Origin: Selaginella moellendorffii
Taxonomy: Eukaryota; Plantae; Lycopodiophyta
Length of the DNA: 64,000 bases
Direction: 5' to 3'
NCBI RefSeq assembly: GCF_000143415.4
Contig: NW_003314309.1
Coordinates: 260,300 to 324,299, forward strand
This document shows, in pieces, positions 49,201-63,598 of the stretch. Both the position numbers and the translations under genes were made by a program. Position 1 is the first letter of the stretch. The number at the start of each line of letters is the position of its first letter. The notes under the pieces are model-generated. The model did no database searches, was not told where the DNA came from, and saw only the letters and a list, made by a program, of their open reading frames with translations.

Positions 49201-50748
49201 CAAAGACTTTTATATCCGGTCGTGAGGGATAGCTAAAGTGCACGTCCTGGAGGTCAACACGTCCTTCAACTATGGATAGTGTTTCGCCTTTCGAGCTGGT
49301 GTTGATAGTTGGCTTGTGATTGATCGCCTTTAAGATTGTCTGCGTCGCTGCTCTCGCTTTAGCGAGAGCACCAATACTCGGAGAGGCCTGTCCCAAGGAA
49401 CTGCAAGGAAAAAAACACGAAAAGAAAGCATTCTCTAAGTTTCACAGGAGCGATAAGTATTAAAGCATGATACTTACATACCACCGATAAGAACGGCGAA
49501 AATCGTCGACAAAACCGAGCCTCCGGTGGCATCTCCCTTCCTGACGAGGACTCCACCGTACCACAGGAGCAAGGCCCATGCACAGAACATGGTTCCATAC
49601 AGTCCTCCAACTCCAAAGCCTTTGGCAGCTCCACTTTTGTATCCCAGCTTCAATGATTTCTTGAGAGCATTTGTATAAGCAGCGAGGGCCTTCGTTTCAC
49701 CGACAAAGGAGTAAACTGTACGTATTTGAGCGGTCATCTGGAAATAAGAAAAGAATAAACTTTAACTCTCATACGTCAACTCTACAAGCTAAAGACTACG
49801 AAAGAAACACAAAAATACCTCTTCTACAATGTTTCCTGGCTCAGTATCAGCCTGGCCTTTTGACGCAATCCCTGTGATAGCTTTGGTATAGAATCCCCCT
49901 ACTACAGCAATCACGGGAAGAATGGCCAAAGTTACAAGGCCAAGCTGCCAAACGGTAGCAAAACCGACAACGAATCCGCCAATAAATGTACTGACAAAGT
50001 GTAGGAATCCTCCCATCTACACGAACAGTCTGTGTTAGCTAGCGGAAGAAACCCGGAAGAAAAACTCACCTTTTCACCAATTGCCTCTTGAATTGTTAAC
50101 ATGTTGCCCGAAAGATTGTCAACGATATCACCTGTTCGAGCCTCGAGATCGAAGTAAGAGATGTCTTGCTTGAGCATGGCTTCCAGGTAGACGATCCTCA
50201 TTCTGGAGACTTGACGCTCACCAGCTTGCATCCAAAGCGCTACCTCTGCAGTCAAGAAAAGCTTTTAGCTCCCCAAGATCGCAAAAGCCATATAGATTAC
50301 AAACCAGCCCAGGAGGCAAACAAGATAGCGATTCCCAGATACACGAAGTACAAAGAGTACTGGAAGAAGAACAGAGCTGTTTCAAGCAAGAGAGAAAGAG
50401 TCAAAGAAGTACCTGTGATACTTGGCGATACATTTCTTGTGGATCGCTGGCCAGACTTCCAAAACTATTGAGCAGCTTCCCGAAGAGGAGGAGGAAGATT
50501 GGGAGGGCAACTCCGTGAGCCACAGCTCCGATAGTTCCCCCAAACATGAAAGCACAGTCGACACCATCGGCAAACGCGAAGATCTTGAGCAAGGGGACGC
50601 TGGCCTGCTTCTCCTCCTCCATTTTCTTCTCGGAGGAGATGGAGTTGTCCTCCATCGTCCTGTCGAGCCTCTCCGATTTCTTGTCAAAAGCGGTCTTCTC
50701 GGATGCTACTTCTTTCCTGGAGTTGCCGCTAACTTCAATACCTTCCAT
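46274..50748 (-). CDS. ABCB: Full-size ABCB/MDR transporter
   Basis: Two TMDs and two NBDs (GGSGSGKST and GASGSGKSS; LSGGQKQR; DEATSALD; AHRLST); multi-exon. Confidence 0.94.
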
Positions 50749-51293
50749 GATCTCCTAAAAGTGAGAAAGGAGAGAAAGGTAACAATCAGCCGTTGGTACG
50801 AAGAGTTTTAAGTCAAACACTTGGCTCAGCTCTCACGAAACAAAGTCTTAGTAACCCACGTAAGCTCGGTAAGAATTTCCACAGCGTTTGCACGGAAGAG
50901 AATCCTTACCTGAGAGTCGATCCAAATGCGATGCCCGTGAATAGCGCAGCGAGAAAGAATCCGCGACAAAGCCAAATCAAACACGAATGGAACAATAACA
51001 ATAACAATCGATCCACTGGAGATTAAAAAATCACGCTCCACAGTGGCGCGATTTGGAAGCATTCGTGTCATTGCGCCTCGGCTTCTAGAAATCCCCCTTC
51101 TAAACCCTAAATCTGGGGTCCAGTCCACGTGGCAGGTTCTAAGAAGTCCACGTGGCACTTTATGGGCAGTCAGCGTGGCACAATGTCGAACGTTCTGGCA
51201 GACGATTTCCAGGTTAGCGTGGGAGCTGTCGTTCGTCAAAAGCTGGCACACGCAGAGAGAGAGGGATCGAGGAGCTAGGGTTTTGGATGGGCA

Positions 51294-52336
51294 ATGGAAG
51301 AGGAGGCAGTGACCGAGGAGGAGGCGCTCGCTCTCAAGCGATTCAAGGGCGTGATCCTGGCGCGGGGCTATCACTACCCGCAGCGCGGCGACGATCACAC
51401 GCTCCTGCGCTTCCTCCGCGCCAGGGCGCTCGACATCAGCAAGGCCGCCCAGATCTACGGGGACTACGTCAAGTGGCGCCGCGATAATCACATCGATTCC
51501 TTGCTCCAAGTGCGATCCAATCGATCGAGTCTTCCTTCCATGCATCGATTCATGCGCTGTGTGTTTTGTGACCTTCCAGACATTCACATTCCCGGAGCTG
51601 GATGCTGTCTTGGCAGCTTGGCCGCAAAACTGGCACAAGACTGATAGATTTGGCCGACCGATCAACATCCAGCTTCTCTCGAGGTACTTGAAAGCGTTTC
51701 TACTTTTGAGAGAGAGAAAAGAAAGAGAAGAGATGATCAATCACCATAGCTAAGATCTTTCTCTTCTTCTAGATTGAGAATCCAGGAGGTGTTCCACGCT
51801 ACCACCGAGGAGAGACTTTTGAAGAGAGCTCTTTGGGTGTGGGAAGAGCTCCACGAAGTGAAGCTACCGGCGTGTTCTAAAGCCGCTGGCCACCAAGTTG
51901 GCCGCGCTACAATCATCGTGGATCTCAAAGATATCGTAAGCACATAGATTGGTTATATATGATCGATCGATCGATACCTTTGCTTGCTGTGACACAGCCT
52001 TTGGGAACCATCACCAATGCTCATGGACGCCGGGTGCTGATCAAGATGGCTCAAATCTTCTCGCGCTACTATCCCGAGTACCTCGGCCGACTCATCATCG
52101 TCAATGCTCCGGCCGCTTTCAAGGTGCTGTGGGAGATCCTCTTGCCTTTCATCGATGTTCCAACGCAAAAGAGAATTGGGATCCACAGGGGGAACGGGCT
52201 GGCCGATTTGCTCAGCGTGGTCGCGCCAGAGAACCTCCCTTGCTTTCTCGGTGGCTCTTGCAAGTGTCCCCAAGGCTGCGAGAACTCTTTAACCGGACCA
52301 TGGAGCGACAAAGTTGACGCTCAACAGCGAATGTAA
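51294..52336 (+). CDS. Sec14/CRAL-TRIO lipid-binding protein
   Basis: DDHTLLRFLRARALD, HKTDRFGRPI, YYPEYLGRLIIVNAP, LPCFLGG...GPW. Confidence 0.92.
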
Positions 52337-52502
52337 ACAACGAGATGAAAAGATTTTTTTTGAGAAATCCGAGTTGCAAAGAAACTCACAGCAGGGCTTT
52401 TGCAATCATCCAGCCTCGGATCTTCACACCGCTCGTCTCGTCCTGTACGTTTAGTAGCGGCTGGAAGAACTCCAAATGTAACAACGCAAACCTTTGCTGT
52501 GA

Positions 52503-54581
52503 TCAAAGTAGCTCGTTGATGGGATTGACGGTGAGAAAGCCCGACATCGTCTTGCCGCTCGTCATGCGCAGGCCATCGATGATACAGCTCCAAGTCGAGC
52601 CCAACGCGCCAATGAAAAAGTCCGACTCGGCTGCCATGAGCAAGTTTACGAAGGCGTTGTCAAAGTTACGTCTCTTGCCCAGTTGAGCCATGTACGCGGC
52701 CATGCTTGTGCTCCCGGACTGCCTTGTGATGTTGGTGAAGTAGAAGTTCCAGTCCGTGTAGCTCCGGCTTTCCTCCACAACGTTCTGTCCAGCACAAACA
52801 CTACATTTAAGCTATATCAAACTATATGCATGTAAATTACCTCCATTTCTGTGGAGAGCCATATGCCTCGGACGTGAGGAAACGCCCGCTTGAGATGCTC
52901 TGCGAGTTTCATGTACTCCGGAAACGCAAATACTCGCATTTCCGAGCCTTTGTCTCCTTGTCTAACGTGCATGCTTACAAGAGGCCGCGGAATCCATGGT
53001 CCCAGACTACTCCACACCAGCTTTTCTATGGGTGTCCGCTCCGGCTGAGCGTACTGTACCTATATAGTAGAAAACGTTACGAGACGCGGTACTTGGCACA
53101 AAAAACAAACCTTTGGCCATTCTCGTGGAACTAAATCCAAAGCTATCTCGGCGGCTTTAACTCCAAATGCATCGTGGCGAGCACGGTTGAGTAAATTACA
53201 CAAGTTTTCGCTTGGAGACCGCATCAAGTATCGGAGAGCCTTCAGAGAAAACAAAAAAAAAAAAAACAGACAGAAGATCTGAAAACGACGTACAAAAAAT
53301 GATCAATAAATACCTGAGTCCTCCACCATCTTCGGTCTTGTGCTTTGTAACCCGACAAAAGACTACCATCGAGTTCGACTGTCCGTTGTATCGATTCCCA
53401 TGGTCTGCCCCAGGTGCTTCAAAAACGCAATAGGAAAATCAAAACGGGCTTTGAAAGACGAAAACAAAGATAGGTGAGAAAACTCACGTTGGAACCGGCA
53501 CTTCCTTCCAAACGATAAATGGGGGATAGTTCTTGCTGCTCGTAAGTATTCCTTCTCGCCACGCAGACTTTAGCATGGAAAGTTTTAATGCACGATCTAT
53601 GCATTCGTTTGAAGCTTCTGCTGCAAAGTAGCACGACCACCGCGAATGGCTTGACCCTGCCCAGATATCAGTTCTTTACATGACACAAGGCACAGTATAC
53701 GTACCAGTACATCCGCTGTGATTGGCTCCGTGGTAGTCTTTCGTTACTAAAACTCTTCCTTCTCGCAAGGCAACTGCCAGAAGTCCAGTCATAGCCACGA
53801 GCTCCGCACCAACACCAATTGAGCTCCTAGTCTTCTGGCTTTCCCAGTCTGCCAGGAGGAACTTTGCGCTGCTGCAATTTCGCGGATGTTGATTGAGCCA
53901 TATGTCGCGTTGTGCTCGTCGAGTTAAAGGAAGATTGTCCTCGTCACCACCTTGAATCTTCGAGATAGAGATCGACCTTTAGCTGGCTCCCAATCAAGAA
54001 AAAGTATAAGTAAGCTCTACTAACCCAAGGCGGGTACGGTCCTTGTAATCTGGCTTTGGTCGAGAGCATTTCTTCTCCATCGTCTTCAACAGATAAGCCC
54101 CCTCCCAGCTCTAGACCGAGCGCACCTTTCCAAAGTGTCCACAGGGGTCGCCTTCCATCGTGTTGGCGAGAGTCCAGCCTGGTGAAGTCTTCGCTGCTTT
54201 TCTTACAGTCCTGAAAGTGAGGCGCTGGTATATCCGATCCCGCGGCTCTAGCACCTTGATCCAAAGTCTTGCTCCAAAGATCTAGCAGAATTCTTACTCG
54301 ATTGTCGTCGCTATGGATTTCACTGGTAGCATTATCTGTTCCTGATCAAATGCAGAAACAAGTCAGTACCAGCTCGAGTAAAGGTAATTCAGCACAGAAA
54401 TACCAGCATAGATGACGGGAGCCAGAAATCCATAAGGAGCATACTTGTTCACGTTGTCAAACAAAATGATCATACACAGTAAGGTGATGATCATAAAGCA
54501 CCAAGGACCTTGAAGCTCAACCGGCGGCCGCCTGGAAACCATCCCCGGAGACCTTGTAATGAGATTGAAAAAGTGATGCAT
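52503..54581 (-). CDS. Type II membrane GT23/alpha-1,6-fucosyltransferase-like glycosyltransferase
   Basis: N-terminal TM segment; SMHVRQGDKGSEM, IWLSTEM, NLLMAAESDFFIGALGSTW motifs. The start is approximate. Confidence 0.78.
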
Positions 54582-55385
54582 CGATGAAGCCCTCCAAAGG
54601 GTTGAACCACTTCATGCTGAGTGAATCAGTCGTCGATCAAGCACCAGAATGCACGTAAAAGAAGACAACAGAAAGAAAACGCACAAGCTTCCTCAAATCT
54701 TGCCAAAATCTACGTTGCTTAAAACATAAGAAGTCCCAGCAGCATAAGGAACGGTCACGAGCAAACACATGGAACGTTGTTAGACCTCAGGCTCAAAAAA
54801 GTTACGTACCAGCCGTTTAATGCATGTTGTTGCAGCTCGCGACCTCTCCAAGCGAAAACTGTAAAACTTCCCAAGCAGACAAAAGAAATAAACAAATCGG
54901 GAAGTGCTACAAAACAACTGAACGTACCAAGGAGGTTTTGTGTCTCTAGGACTCTCCATCCCAAACCTGTCATAGCGCTCGCACCGACCTGGATAAGACC
55001 ATTCGTGGCGTTGGTGTTTGGACGCATTTAGTTGTGGCAGTCAACAGATGTCGTCTGAAGAAAACTCCAAGTTGCTGATATTCTATTTGAAATTGCGAGT
55101 GAAGTCTCACTCGATCCTCGTCAGTCATGTTATCAGCAGCTGCTTGCTTGAACTACACAAAACAGGAAACAAAAAAAAAACTCAAAAGTAAACAAAGAAA
55201 CGCGTTGATGTCTGGTGATTGAAATGAGCGCTACGTACCCACAATAAGGAGTACCAAAGATTCCCAGCTTTTCTGCTTTCTATGGAAATCAAATCGCGGA
55301 GGAAAGAAAAACTCGCACAAATCGAATCCATTTCATTGTCAAAGAAAAACCGGTAAGAACTGACAAAGAAAGTGCTGTGGAACAA

Positions 55386-56036
55386 TTACGTACCATAAGC
55401 CTTCAATGCATCGCCGGTGAGGCGACAAATCCTCCACTCGGGCAGCACGAGGGCCCCCATTTCCTGGTAAAACTTGATAGCATTCTCGTTCCAATCCAAA
55501 ACGCACCACTCCACTCGGCCAAGCCCGCGGTTGGCAGCTTCCTTGGCAACTGTCCGGAGAAGAATTCTTCCAAGTCCTTGCCTTCTATACGGCTCCCTGA
55601 CGAACAAGTCCTCGATGTAGAGACCCGGCTTGGCCAGGAAAGTGGAGTAATTCGGGAAGAACAGCACGAAGCCAGCCACGATCCTGCCGCTGTCGCTGGT
55701 GAAGAAATCCTTGTCTGGATCGGCTATTTCGGCGCCGATCTCCACTTCTGGAACAAAATTTCGATTGAATGCCTGAGGATATTTCGGCCAAAACCACGCA
55801 CCTTGAGAAGCCAGACAGTCCCCAGCAGCAGCATTGCTAGCGCTGGATCGCGAAATCTCAAGCAGCAGCACAGTGAGGCCCTGGAACGCCGGCGCGTTGA
55901 AGAGCGTCGACCGGTACTGCTCCTCGGTGCCAACGCAGGCGTCGGCCAGGCGCTCAAACTTCGCGAGCTGCGCGATCATGGACGCAATGTAGGGCACGTC
56001 CCGGGGCGACGCGATGCGCACAGACGCCGTGGCCAT
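55386..56036 (-). CDS. GNAT N-acetyltransferase (NATA/SSAT-like)
   Basis: GFVLFFPNYSTFLAKPGLYIEDLFVREPYRRQGLG, RVEWCVLDWNENAIKFY; intronless. Confidence 0.93.
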   Translation of the reverse strand: MATASVRIASPRDVPYIASMIAQLAKFERLADACVGTEEQYRSTLFNAPAFQGLTVLLLEISRSSASNAAAGDCLASQGAWFWPKYPQAFNRNFVPEVEIGAEIADPDKDFFTSDSGRIVAGFVLFFPNYSTFLAKPGLYIEDLFVREPYRRQGLGRILLRTVAKEAANRGLGRVEWCVLDWNENAIKFYQEMGALVLPEWRICRLTGDALKAYGT

Positions 56037-56213
56037 AGCTGAGCTCCACAAAATTTTAGGGCTCTTCGCAATTTTAGGGTTTCTCGTTTAAAACATCCCC
56101 TTTAAAAAGTATCTTACACTATAAAGTAGCGAAGAGAAAGAGAAAAAGATTTTGTTTACACAGGAGAGAGAAGAGTGTGTGTGTGTGTGTGTGTGTTCTT
56201 CGTTATCGTAGCG

Positions 56214-59200
56214 CTAGCGCCACTTCGTGTAACCTCTGTAAACATCCCACCCAGTCTCTGGCTCCTTCCTCTTGATCGCCGAGGCCTGATGAAACATTCG
56301 CATTTGCTCGTCCAGCGATGAAATCCCGTAGTTTTGCCGAGCTTGATCCGGATGATGATCGCTCAAGTTCGCCGCCGCCGCCGCCGCCGCTGCTGCTGCC
56401 GCCGCCGCCGCCGCTACTGCTGGATCCGGCCCAGTGTTTAGATCCAAGCTCCTCCTTCCCCAAGCTCCAGCCGAGCCAGACGAGGCGTCCACTGCTCCTC
56501 CTCCGGCGTGATCTCCCGGCATGAAGTAAGGTGGCGGCCGTCCAAAAGCTCCCGAGTTTGAGGTGATCGTCGAGAGCGATGGAGCTGGGATGGACGAGGA
56601 CGCGACGTAAGGTGACGGAGCCACGAACGTCGCCGCCGCCGCGGAGAATGGGAAGCTCGAGTTGAAAGAGAAGCCTGGATACGAGTAGAGCGCCGCTGCT
56701 GCCGCCGCTGCCGCTGCCGCTTGAGGATTTTGCTGGTAGCTTCCGAGAGCCGAGGATGATGGAACGCCGGCACCACCGCCACCACCTCCGGCTGCTGCTG
56801 CCGCTGCCGCCGCTGCTGCTCGATACAAGTCCGTCGAGAAGGAGCCTCCATTCACGAAAGGATGCTGCTGCTGCTGCTGCTGCTGGGTGGAGTAAGAAGC
56901 GCTTTGCTGATCGGTTCTTCCGGTGGTGGTGGCGCCACCGCCACTGGAAACTCCTGGATAGCCTGGAATCCCAGCTCCCGGAACTGAGGAGAACCACGAG
57001 ACGTTGAGAAGCTCACCGCCTCCACCGTTGGCATTCATCACCGGGTTGCTGCTGCTGCTAGCTTTCGGCTTGGTGGTGAGGTTCCTGAAGAACATTTCCT
57101 CGCCGCCGGCACCAACGCCAGCAGCGGCGGGATGATCTTCAAAGGCCGGACCGTCGTTTAAGTCGAAGTTTCTCAGCGTTGATGTGCTTGAGCTTGCTCC
57201 TCCCGGGGGCCTCAGGCGTAAAGAGCCGCCTTCTTCGCTCTCCTGGTTGAGATCCAAGGCCGCTGCCGCCGCCACCTTCTTCTCGGCTCCACCGGCGGAG
57301 GAAGTGTTGGGAAAGCCGGAGAGGAAGCTCCGGGCAGCAGCGGGAGCTGCATCCATCTCCGCCACCATCCCGAAACCCGAGTCATCGCCTTCGGCTACGT
57401 TGAGATCGATGTCGAGGAAAGCTTTTCCTTTCTTTTCCGCTGGACGGAACGCGCTCGTTGCTGCCGAGCCTTTCCATCCGGCCGCGTCCTTACTGGCCTT
57501 CAAAGAGCTGGGAGGAATGAAAGTCCTCGTGGAAGCCATCACTGCTATAGGTGCCGATAGAGAGCTGAAAGGTGGTGGCGCCGGAAGAGGATTGGTCGGA
57601 AGTGGAGTAAACATCTGTCCTGAGGCTATTGCTGGTGGTGGAGAATCCTCCGCCGGGAAGCCTTCGTTTAAGTCGAACAAAGGCCTAGCACCCCCACCAC
57701 CACTTTCGCCTCCTCCGTTATCATCTTCGCCTAGAGCTTCCTCCATTGGAGTATCCTGTGCTGCTGCTGGTTGGAGTTCTTGCTGGTTCTCATCCGAGGT
57801 GATCATCGGCTCAGCAGTAGAAACTTCAGCTCCAGGCTGTGAGGCTGCCTGTTCTTCCGAAGCTCGCTGTTGCTGGCTCTCTTCCACCGCGTCGGTATCA
57901 GCACCGGCGCGTGGCTTTGCACCGCCATAGCCCTCCTCGATCTCTTTCGCCACCATCCTCGCCACCTCGAGAGGATCCTCCTCGGAACTCGGGCTCTCTC
58001 CAGCCTTAGCAGCAGCGTCCGACTTTGCAGTATCCAGGGGCTTCTCGGCCGCGGGCTTCACTTCCACAGCATTCCTCTCAGCGCCACGTCTCGCTTCGTC
58101 CGCCGAAACATCATCCGATGTCCGTGAGCTCTGCCGCCTCAAGTTGTCCGTTTTCACTGGCTCTTGAGCTCCGCCATCCTTGACGTCACCGTTCTCCGGA
58201 GCGCTGGGTTTCTGTTGCTGCTCCGGCTTCTCGGCAGGACACGCAGCCGACGTCGTTGCTCCTAAGTTGTCGTGCTCCACGTTGATCTCCTCGGTGACTA
58301 CGCTCCGTGCTGTCGACACTGTGACGCAGCTTCCATCACACTTTAGCATCTCATCGGCGGCCACAGTAGCCAGCAAGCTCATACCTCCGTCGACCACATT
58401 AGATGCGTTGTTCTCTCGAGCTGCTTTCTCCGAAGAAGCTTTCCTGGCCTCGGTTCGCTCGGTTTTCTCAGCCGCAGACTTGTCACCACCCCCTCCTCCA
58501 CCTTTTGATTCGCTTCTGTGCCGCTTGTCCGAGCTGATCTCGTGGTGTTTGCTGGCCTTCCCATGACCGCCGCCACCCTCTCCTAAACCGGAAGAGCTAC
58601 TCCTGTCCAGCACCTTGGGTGAAGATACCTTGGCGATTACCTGAGAGTCACCATTTGCTCGAGCTGGACTTCTGCCAGGATTTGAAAACCTCAGTATCAA
58701 ACGCGGGGGCGTATCAGTGTCGCCAGGGGACTTCTCCGATCCAGCAGGCCTCTCGGCTGAGTTCGCGTTGGTCCTGCTCCACATCACAGACTTCCCCGAA
58801 CCATTTTCCTTTTGAGCGGCAGCCGCGGAAGTATCAACTTTGGACGAGCGGGTCAACTTCGCTTTCACTTCCTCCTTGCAAGCCGATGTCACTGGAGCGC
58901 TCGACCACGCAGGACCGTAGTTCTGCGCATGGCTAGCACAGCTCTTCTCCTCCTTCAAGGATAGACCCTGGATCTCGTTAGAACCGCTGTTGTTAGGCGA
59001 ATTCTCCTTGGAGCTTGCAGTTGTACCAGACTTTGAAGTTGCGGAGCCAACTGATTTGGCCGGCGCCTCCGTGTTGGGCCCGTTCGACGAGGCAAACTTT
59101 GTCGAGCTCTTGGCATCCTTCGCGACCGGCTGGAGTGGATCATTCGCCGGGGCCTGCTTGCTCCCCATCTTCTCCCCGGATTGCTTCACCTCCGCCCCGA

Positions 59201-60629
59201 CCCGCTTCTTCCACGTCTCCACCAACTTTCGTGCCTTCTTCTGGATCTCCACCATCCGGTGGCTCTTGAGATTGTTCACAGACTTCCCGACGTGACACGA
59301 CTTGAGAGCGTCGAGATCCACGGGCAACTTCTGAAGCGCTCGCAGCAAAGTCAGGAGCAACTCGTCGAGCACCTTGTCCAGCTCCGCCGGGTGTCCGCAG
59401 TCGCTCCCACTCTTGCCTTTGTGAGCCTCCTGGAGCCAGTCGTCGAGCACGGCCAGGCCACCGAGCTGGACGAGACGGTCGCGGCACTCCTGCTTATCAG
59501 TGGAAGCCACGACACCAGCTAGCATGATTCGTCGCGAAGCCACTTCCATCGGCTTCCGGGTGCCGTCATTTCGATCTTGCTGCATCAAGCTCACAAGTTT
59601 CTCCACTCCTGCCACGCTGCAGAGCCCACCATCCTTGTCAATAATGGAAGCGATCTCCTCCGGCTTTGTCGAGCTCTTGACGAAGCTCGACTCGGAGTCG
59701 TCGGCCTTGGCACGCTTGGGGGTGGCAGCGGCAGCGGCGTTGGTGTTGGCGGTGTTGCTACTGGGCTCGTGACCGGAATCACTCCTCTCCCTCTTTTTGC
59801 CTTTGGAGCCGCCGACTGGAGTTTGCGGATGCTCCGAGTGAGAGAGAGCCAGTGCTCTTGGCGATCGAGCACCCGGCTGTTGTATAGCAGCTTGCATCTC
59901 CAATTTGGTCCTATTAAGTAACTGATCTACTTCTTCCTGATGCTCCTGGAAAAAAAAGAGAAACGAGAAGAGATCAGTAGTGACAAAGAAAAATCCAAAC
60001 TTTGGAAAGGAAAACACCACTCACATCTGTGTAGTCTCGATCCGTTAGCCACCATAAGCGCTTGTGTGAGGTATCATAAACTCGGCGGCAAACGAACGAC
60101 GAAACTCCAGAGGGCAGCTCCACACCCTTGCGCAGGAAAGCAACTCGGCACGGATGAAGCAGCGATGCCGCCGGTGTATCATCCTTGTGGAACGAGTAGA
60201 AGATCTCGTTGGGCGCCGCGTCGATGGGAACTCCTCTAGCTAGCTTGATGTCCGCTGGACGGTAGAGCCAATTCACTTTAAGCCTTACAGTCGTATCCTT
60301 GTCTATCGTCACTTTGCGAAGGATCCCAATGAAAGGGGGCGCGTTCCCGGCCTGGAAGAGAGCGCACTCGCCAACTTCGATCTTTCGCCCGTCCTATAGA
60401 ACCAAGAAAAAAATTTAAAACAAGCCATGAGATCGGTGAGCACGAATGATAGAGAGGAAGAACAAAAATCTTGGAAGGAAAGAGCTACCTTCGTACAGTA
60501 GGAAGAAGATTTGTAGCTGGGGGAATCGATAGCAGCACTTCGAGGCGAGGAAGAAATCTTTCCTGGCAGAGGAGAGAATTTTTCCTTGCTATCGGCTGGC
60601 TGCCCATTTGCAACATGTTGCCCATGCAT
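56214..60629 (-). CDS. SUO: BAH + TFIIS-N domain protein with multiple DLN/EAR motifs (SUO-like)
   Basis: BAH (VGECALF...APFIGI, VNWLYRPADI, SLLHPCRVAFL, FVCRRVYD..LWWL); TFIIS-N (LDDWLQEAH...LPVDL...EIQKKARKLVETWKKRV); FDLNEGF, LDIDLN, LDLNQ, FDLNDGP, LDLNTGP. Confidence 0.88.
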
Positions 60630-62438
60630 ATCATTGCCTACTACCACCGCAAATTCCAAGAAACCAGATCCGGAGGATTGGCATAGCACAACGATCAAGC
60701 ACGCGACTAAAAACTAGCGAGATTCAGAGAGATTTCGCCTAGATCTGTACAAGACTCGGGAAAATCGATCTACTTTAGAAGGGATTCGTGAAGGAAAACA
60801 CGCAGCCGCGACCGCTATGTCAAAAATGCGGAGCTGCGACAAAACCCTGGACAGGAACCACGATTTCTCCCCGAAATCCGATCGATTCGCCCTCGCCGTA
60901 GCGATTGGGAGCCTTAGAGTGACCAGATCTTGCTCGCGCCAGTCGATGAGCGGCGATTTTTCTCACGACGCCATACCGCCATAGCCACACACTATTACTC
61001 TCATCATCACAGAACTAAAAGCCCTTGCCATCCCGGCGCGGCTCCGCCGTTGGATTTCACCCATCCTGGCCGCCGGATACGCGGTCAGCTCGGGTTACTC
61101 CGCGGGCAGGTCGGACCGGTAGCTTCCCGGCAGCGGCGCAACGCCGGACTCCAAAGCTCGCGTCCAAGCCAATTAAGTCCGGAGAATTGTGGCCACATGG
61201 CCATCCCACAAGGAAGCCACGATTTGGCCATCACTTTTGTCCACCACATATGAGCCAATCAATATTTAATTTAATTTTCATCAACACATAGAACAATGCT
61301 GCTGCCGATCCATGGATCAATCGATTTTCTATCATTTTTGTTTTTCCCAACGGTACAAAAGACCATGGGATCCGTACGGGAGGCTATCATCGCCGCGATC
61401 CAACGGCTCCGCCGCGAGATACGGTGTTCAAGGCGCGTTCGCGCGTAAAAAATTTCGTGACGTATGGAATAAATCCCGACGATGTTAACATAAATTGAAT
61501 TACGGCGCGCTGGGGCCCAGTGGTTTTCAAACCATCTATGTCGACATAGGGGCGAAACGCGCCAGGAGATGAGCGGTCAGGATCGCGCCAGGATTCCAGC
61601 GTTATCCAGAGAACGGACGGCCAGGATGTCGCCCGCATTCTGCCCACAAATCGACAAGCAAAATTTGGAGTGATAGTGAGATCCCAATTCCCCCATCGCG
61701 AGTCGCAGCAGCAGTTTTTGATGGATCCATTCCATTAATTACGAGAGGCGCGCTGAGAAATAGCTGTGATGCGATGCGATGCGCACTTGCATTTAGGGGG
61801 ATGGAGCTTAAATTTAGGGTTCTAAGAAATTGCGCGAGGCCGGGCGGCGGGCCAGCGAAGCCCAGGAGTGTTTTAAATGAAATCTGTTAGACATGGCTTT
61901 ATTTGCCATCGATCGCTCCAGAAAATTGTTCGTGACAGATCATCGGTTGCTCTACCCAAATCTTCGATCGTATCAGAATATGGGTGTTCTCTATTCATCC
62001 ATCCACGGATCGCTCGAAAACAATGCACCTGTGTTGTGATCCCTCTCGATCCAGTTCTAGGGTTCTTTATGGAAATAATGGTTCTTCTCTCGTGAACACG
62101 CTTTGTTTCCACTGATTAGCGACAAGGTTGAGAAAAAAAAAACGAGCGATAAAACTACGAGGAAAAAAATCAAACACCGTACCATGAAAATCAATCCCAT
62201 CGGTGGGCATCCATTTGCCAGTGTAGCAGTGACTGATGCCCAGCCCACTCACAAAGATATATATTCTTCTCTCCAGAAGCATAATGGAGGAATCAGCCTT
62301 AGCCTGCAAGACAGAATAACCAAAAGCTGTGATAGATCCCAAGAAAACCAACCATGAACAACAACAAAGAGAAAACAAAAGGAACGCGAGAGAGCTGACA
62401 ATCTTACCTGGTGCCTCGAAGATCACAGCCTCCTCGTT

Positions 62439-63073
62439 TCACTTCTTGGCGAGATTTGCCTCGAGCTTGCTGGAGTCGACGAGATAGGCGAATCCATAGG
62501 ACAAGTTCTTGATGGTCGAGTCGTGGAGGTCTTGCTCCTCGGTGGCGGTGGCGTCGGTGGAGAAGAAAACCCGGAATCCACGAACGAAAGCGTCACGGGC
62601 GGTGGTCTCGCAGCACAGATTCGTCATCACTCCCGTGACGATCACCTCCTTTCGACCGGACTTCCTGAGAAAATCTTCCAGATCGGTGTTGTAGAAGCCG
62701 CTATAGGTGCGCTTGTGGACAATCTTATCGCCATCCAGTCGATCCACCTAAAGATCCACACCAATTGTGACTATTAGCTCCTCCCCCAGAATATTTCCTA
62801 CTAGCGATCGATCCAGACCTCGGGAAGAAGCTCCGCCCCGGCAGTGCCATCTAGAATGTTGCGATCCCACCACTCCCCCAGCATTCCATAATCCGAGGGA
62901 TCCTTGTGCGAGTGGCGAGTGTGGACAACCGGGATCCCTGCCGCCCTAGCCGCGGCGATTGATCGATTCAGCGCCGGAAGGATCGGTTCCGCCATGCCGC
63001 GAAAGTACTCCTGGACATCGATCACAAGCAGCGCCGCTTGGGCTGGATCCGGCATTCTCGATCGCAAGCCCAT
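62439..63073 (-). CDS. NIC2: Nicotinamidase 2 / isochorismatase-family hydrolase
   Basis: [39 protein letters not shown]; one intron. Confidence 0.88.
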
Positions 63074-63598
63074 CTCCGATAAACCCTAAAATTTGACAAA
63101 CCAAATCTTCTGGTAGGTCCCAGGTTCGATTCCCGAGAGAAACGCCCTCTGTGGGGACTTTGTTTTAGCGCGCTGTCTGTCACGTCTCGCGTAAGCCCGA
63201 GAGAGAAAAGAGAGGAGCGAAGAAACAATAAAAAAACTTCACGGGAAGATCGATCCACGGATCCAAACAAGCGAACGAGGAGGCGATCACAAAAAAACAG
63301 CTACCTTGACGACGCCAAAAAGGAAGGAAAGATGCCACATTTGTCTCCCTCACTCTCCGTGTTGTCCATGATCTCATGCTTTTCAAGGTTCCACTCGGAG
63401 AAACTTTGGGACAAAGTGGCGCGTAAGTACTCCCGGAATCCTTGACACGCACGGCTCTGTTTTCACTTCTCCTTTTTCTTCGCTTTCGTTTTTTTTTTCT
63501 TCGTCCCGCCTTTGGCAACTTGCTAGCTGGAAACCACTGCTTAGGCGGCTTAGAAACTAGAAAACAATGCAAAAACAAAACGCTTACCAGCTGCAACG

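Noticed and set aside
50826-51740. 304-aa minus-strand ORF
   Set aside because: It is antisense to Sec14 and its promoter and has no domain signature.
55377-56042. 221-aa plus-strand ORF
   Set aside because: It is the antisense shadow of the GNAT gene.
63108-63146. GGTCCCAGGTTCGATTCCCGAG tRNA-like T-loop upstream of the nicotinamidase
   Set aside because: The T-stem is imperfect and no D-arm or acceptor pairing is present. At most it is a B-box-like relic.
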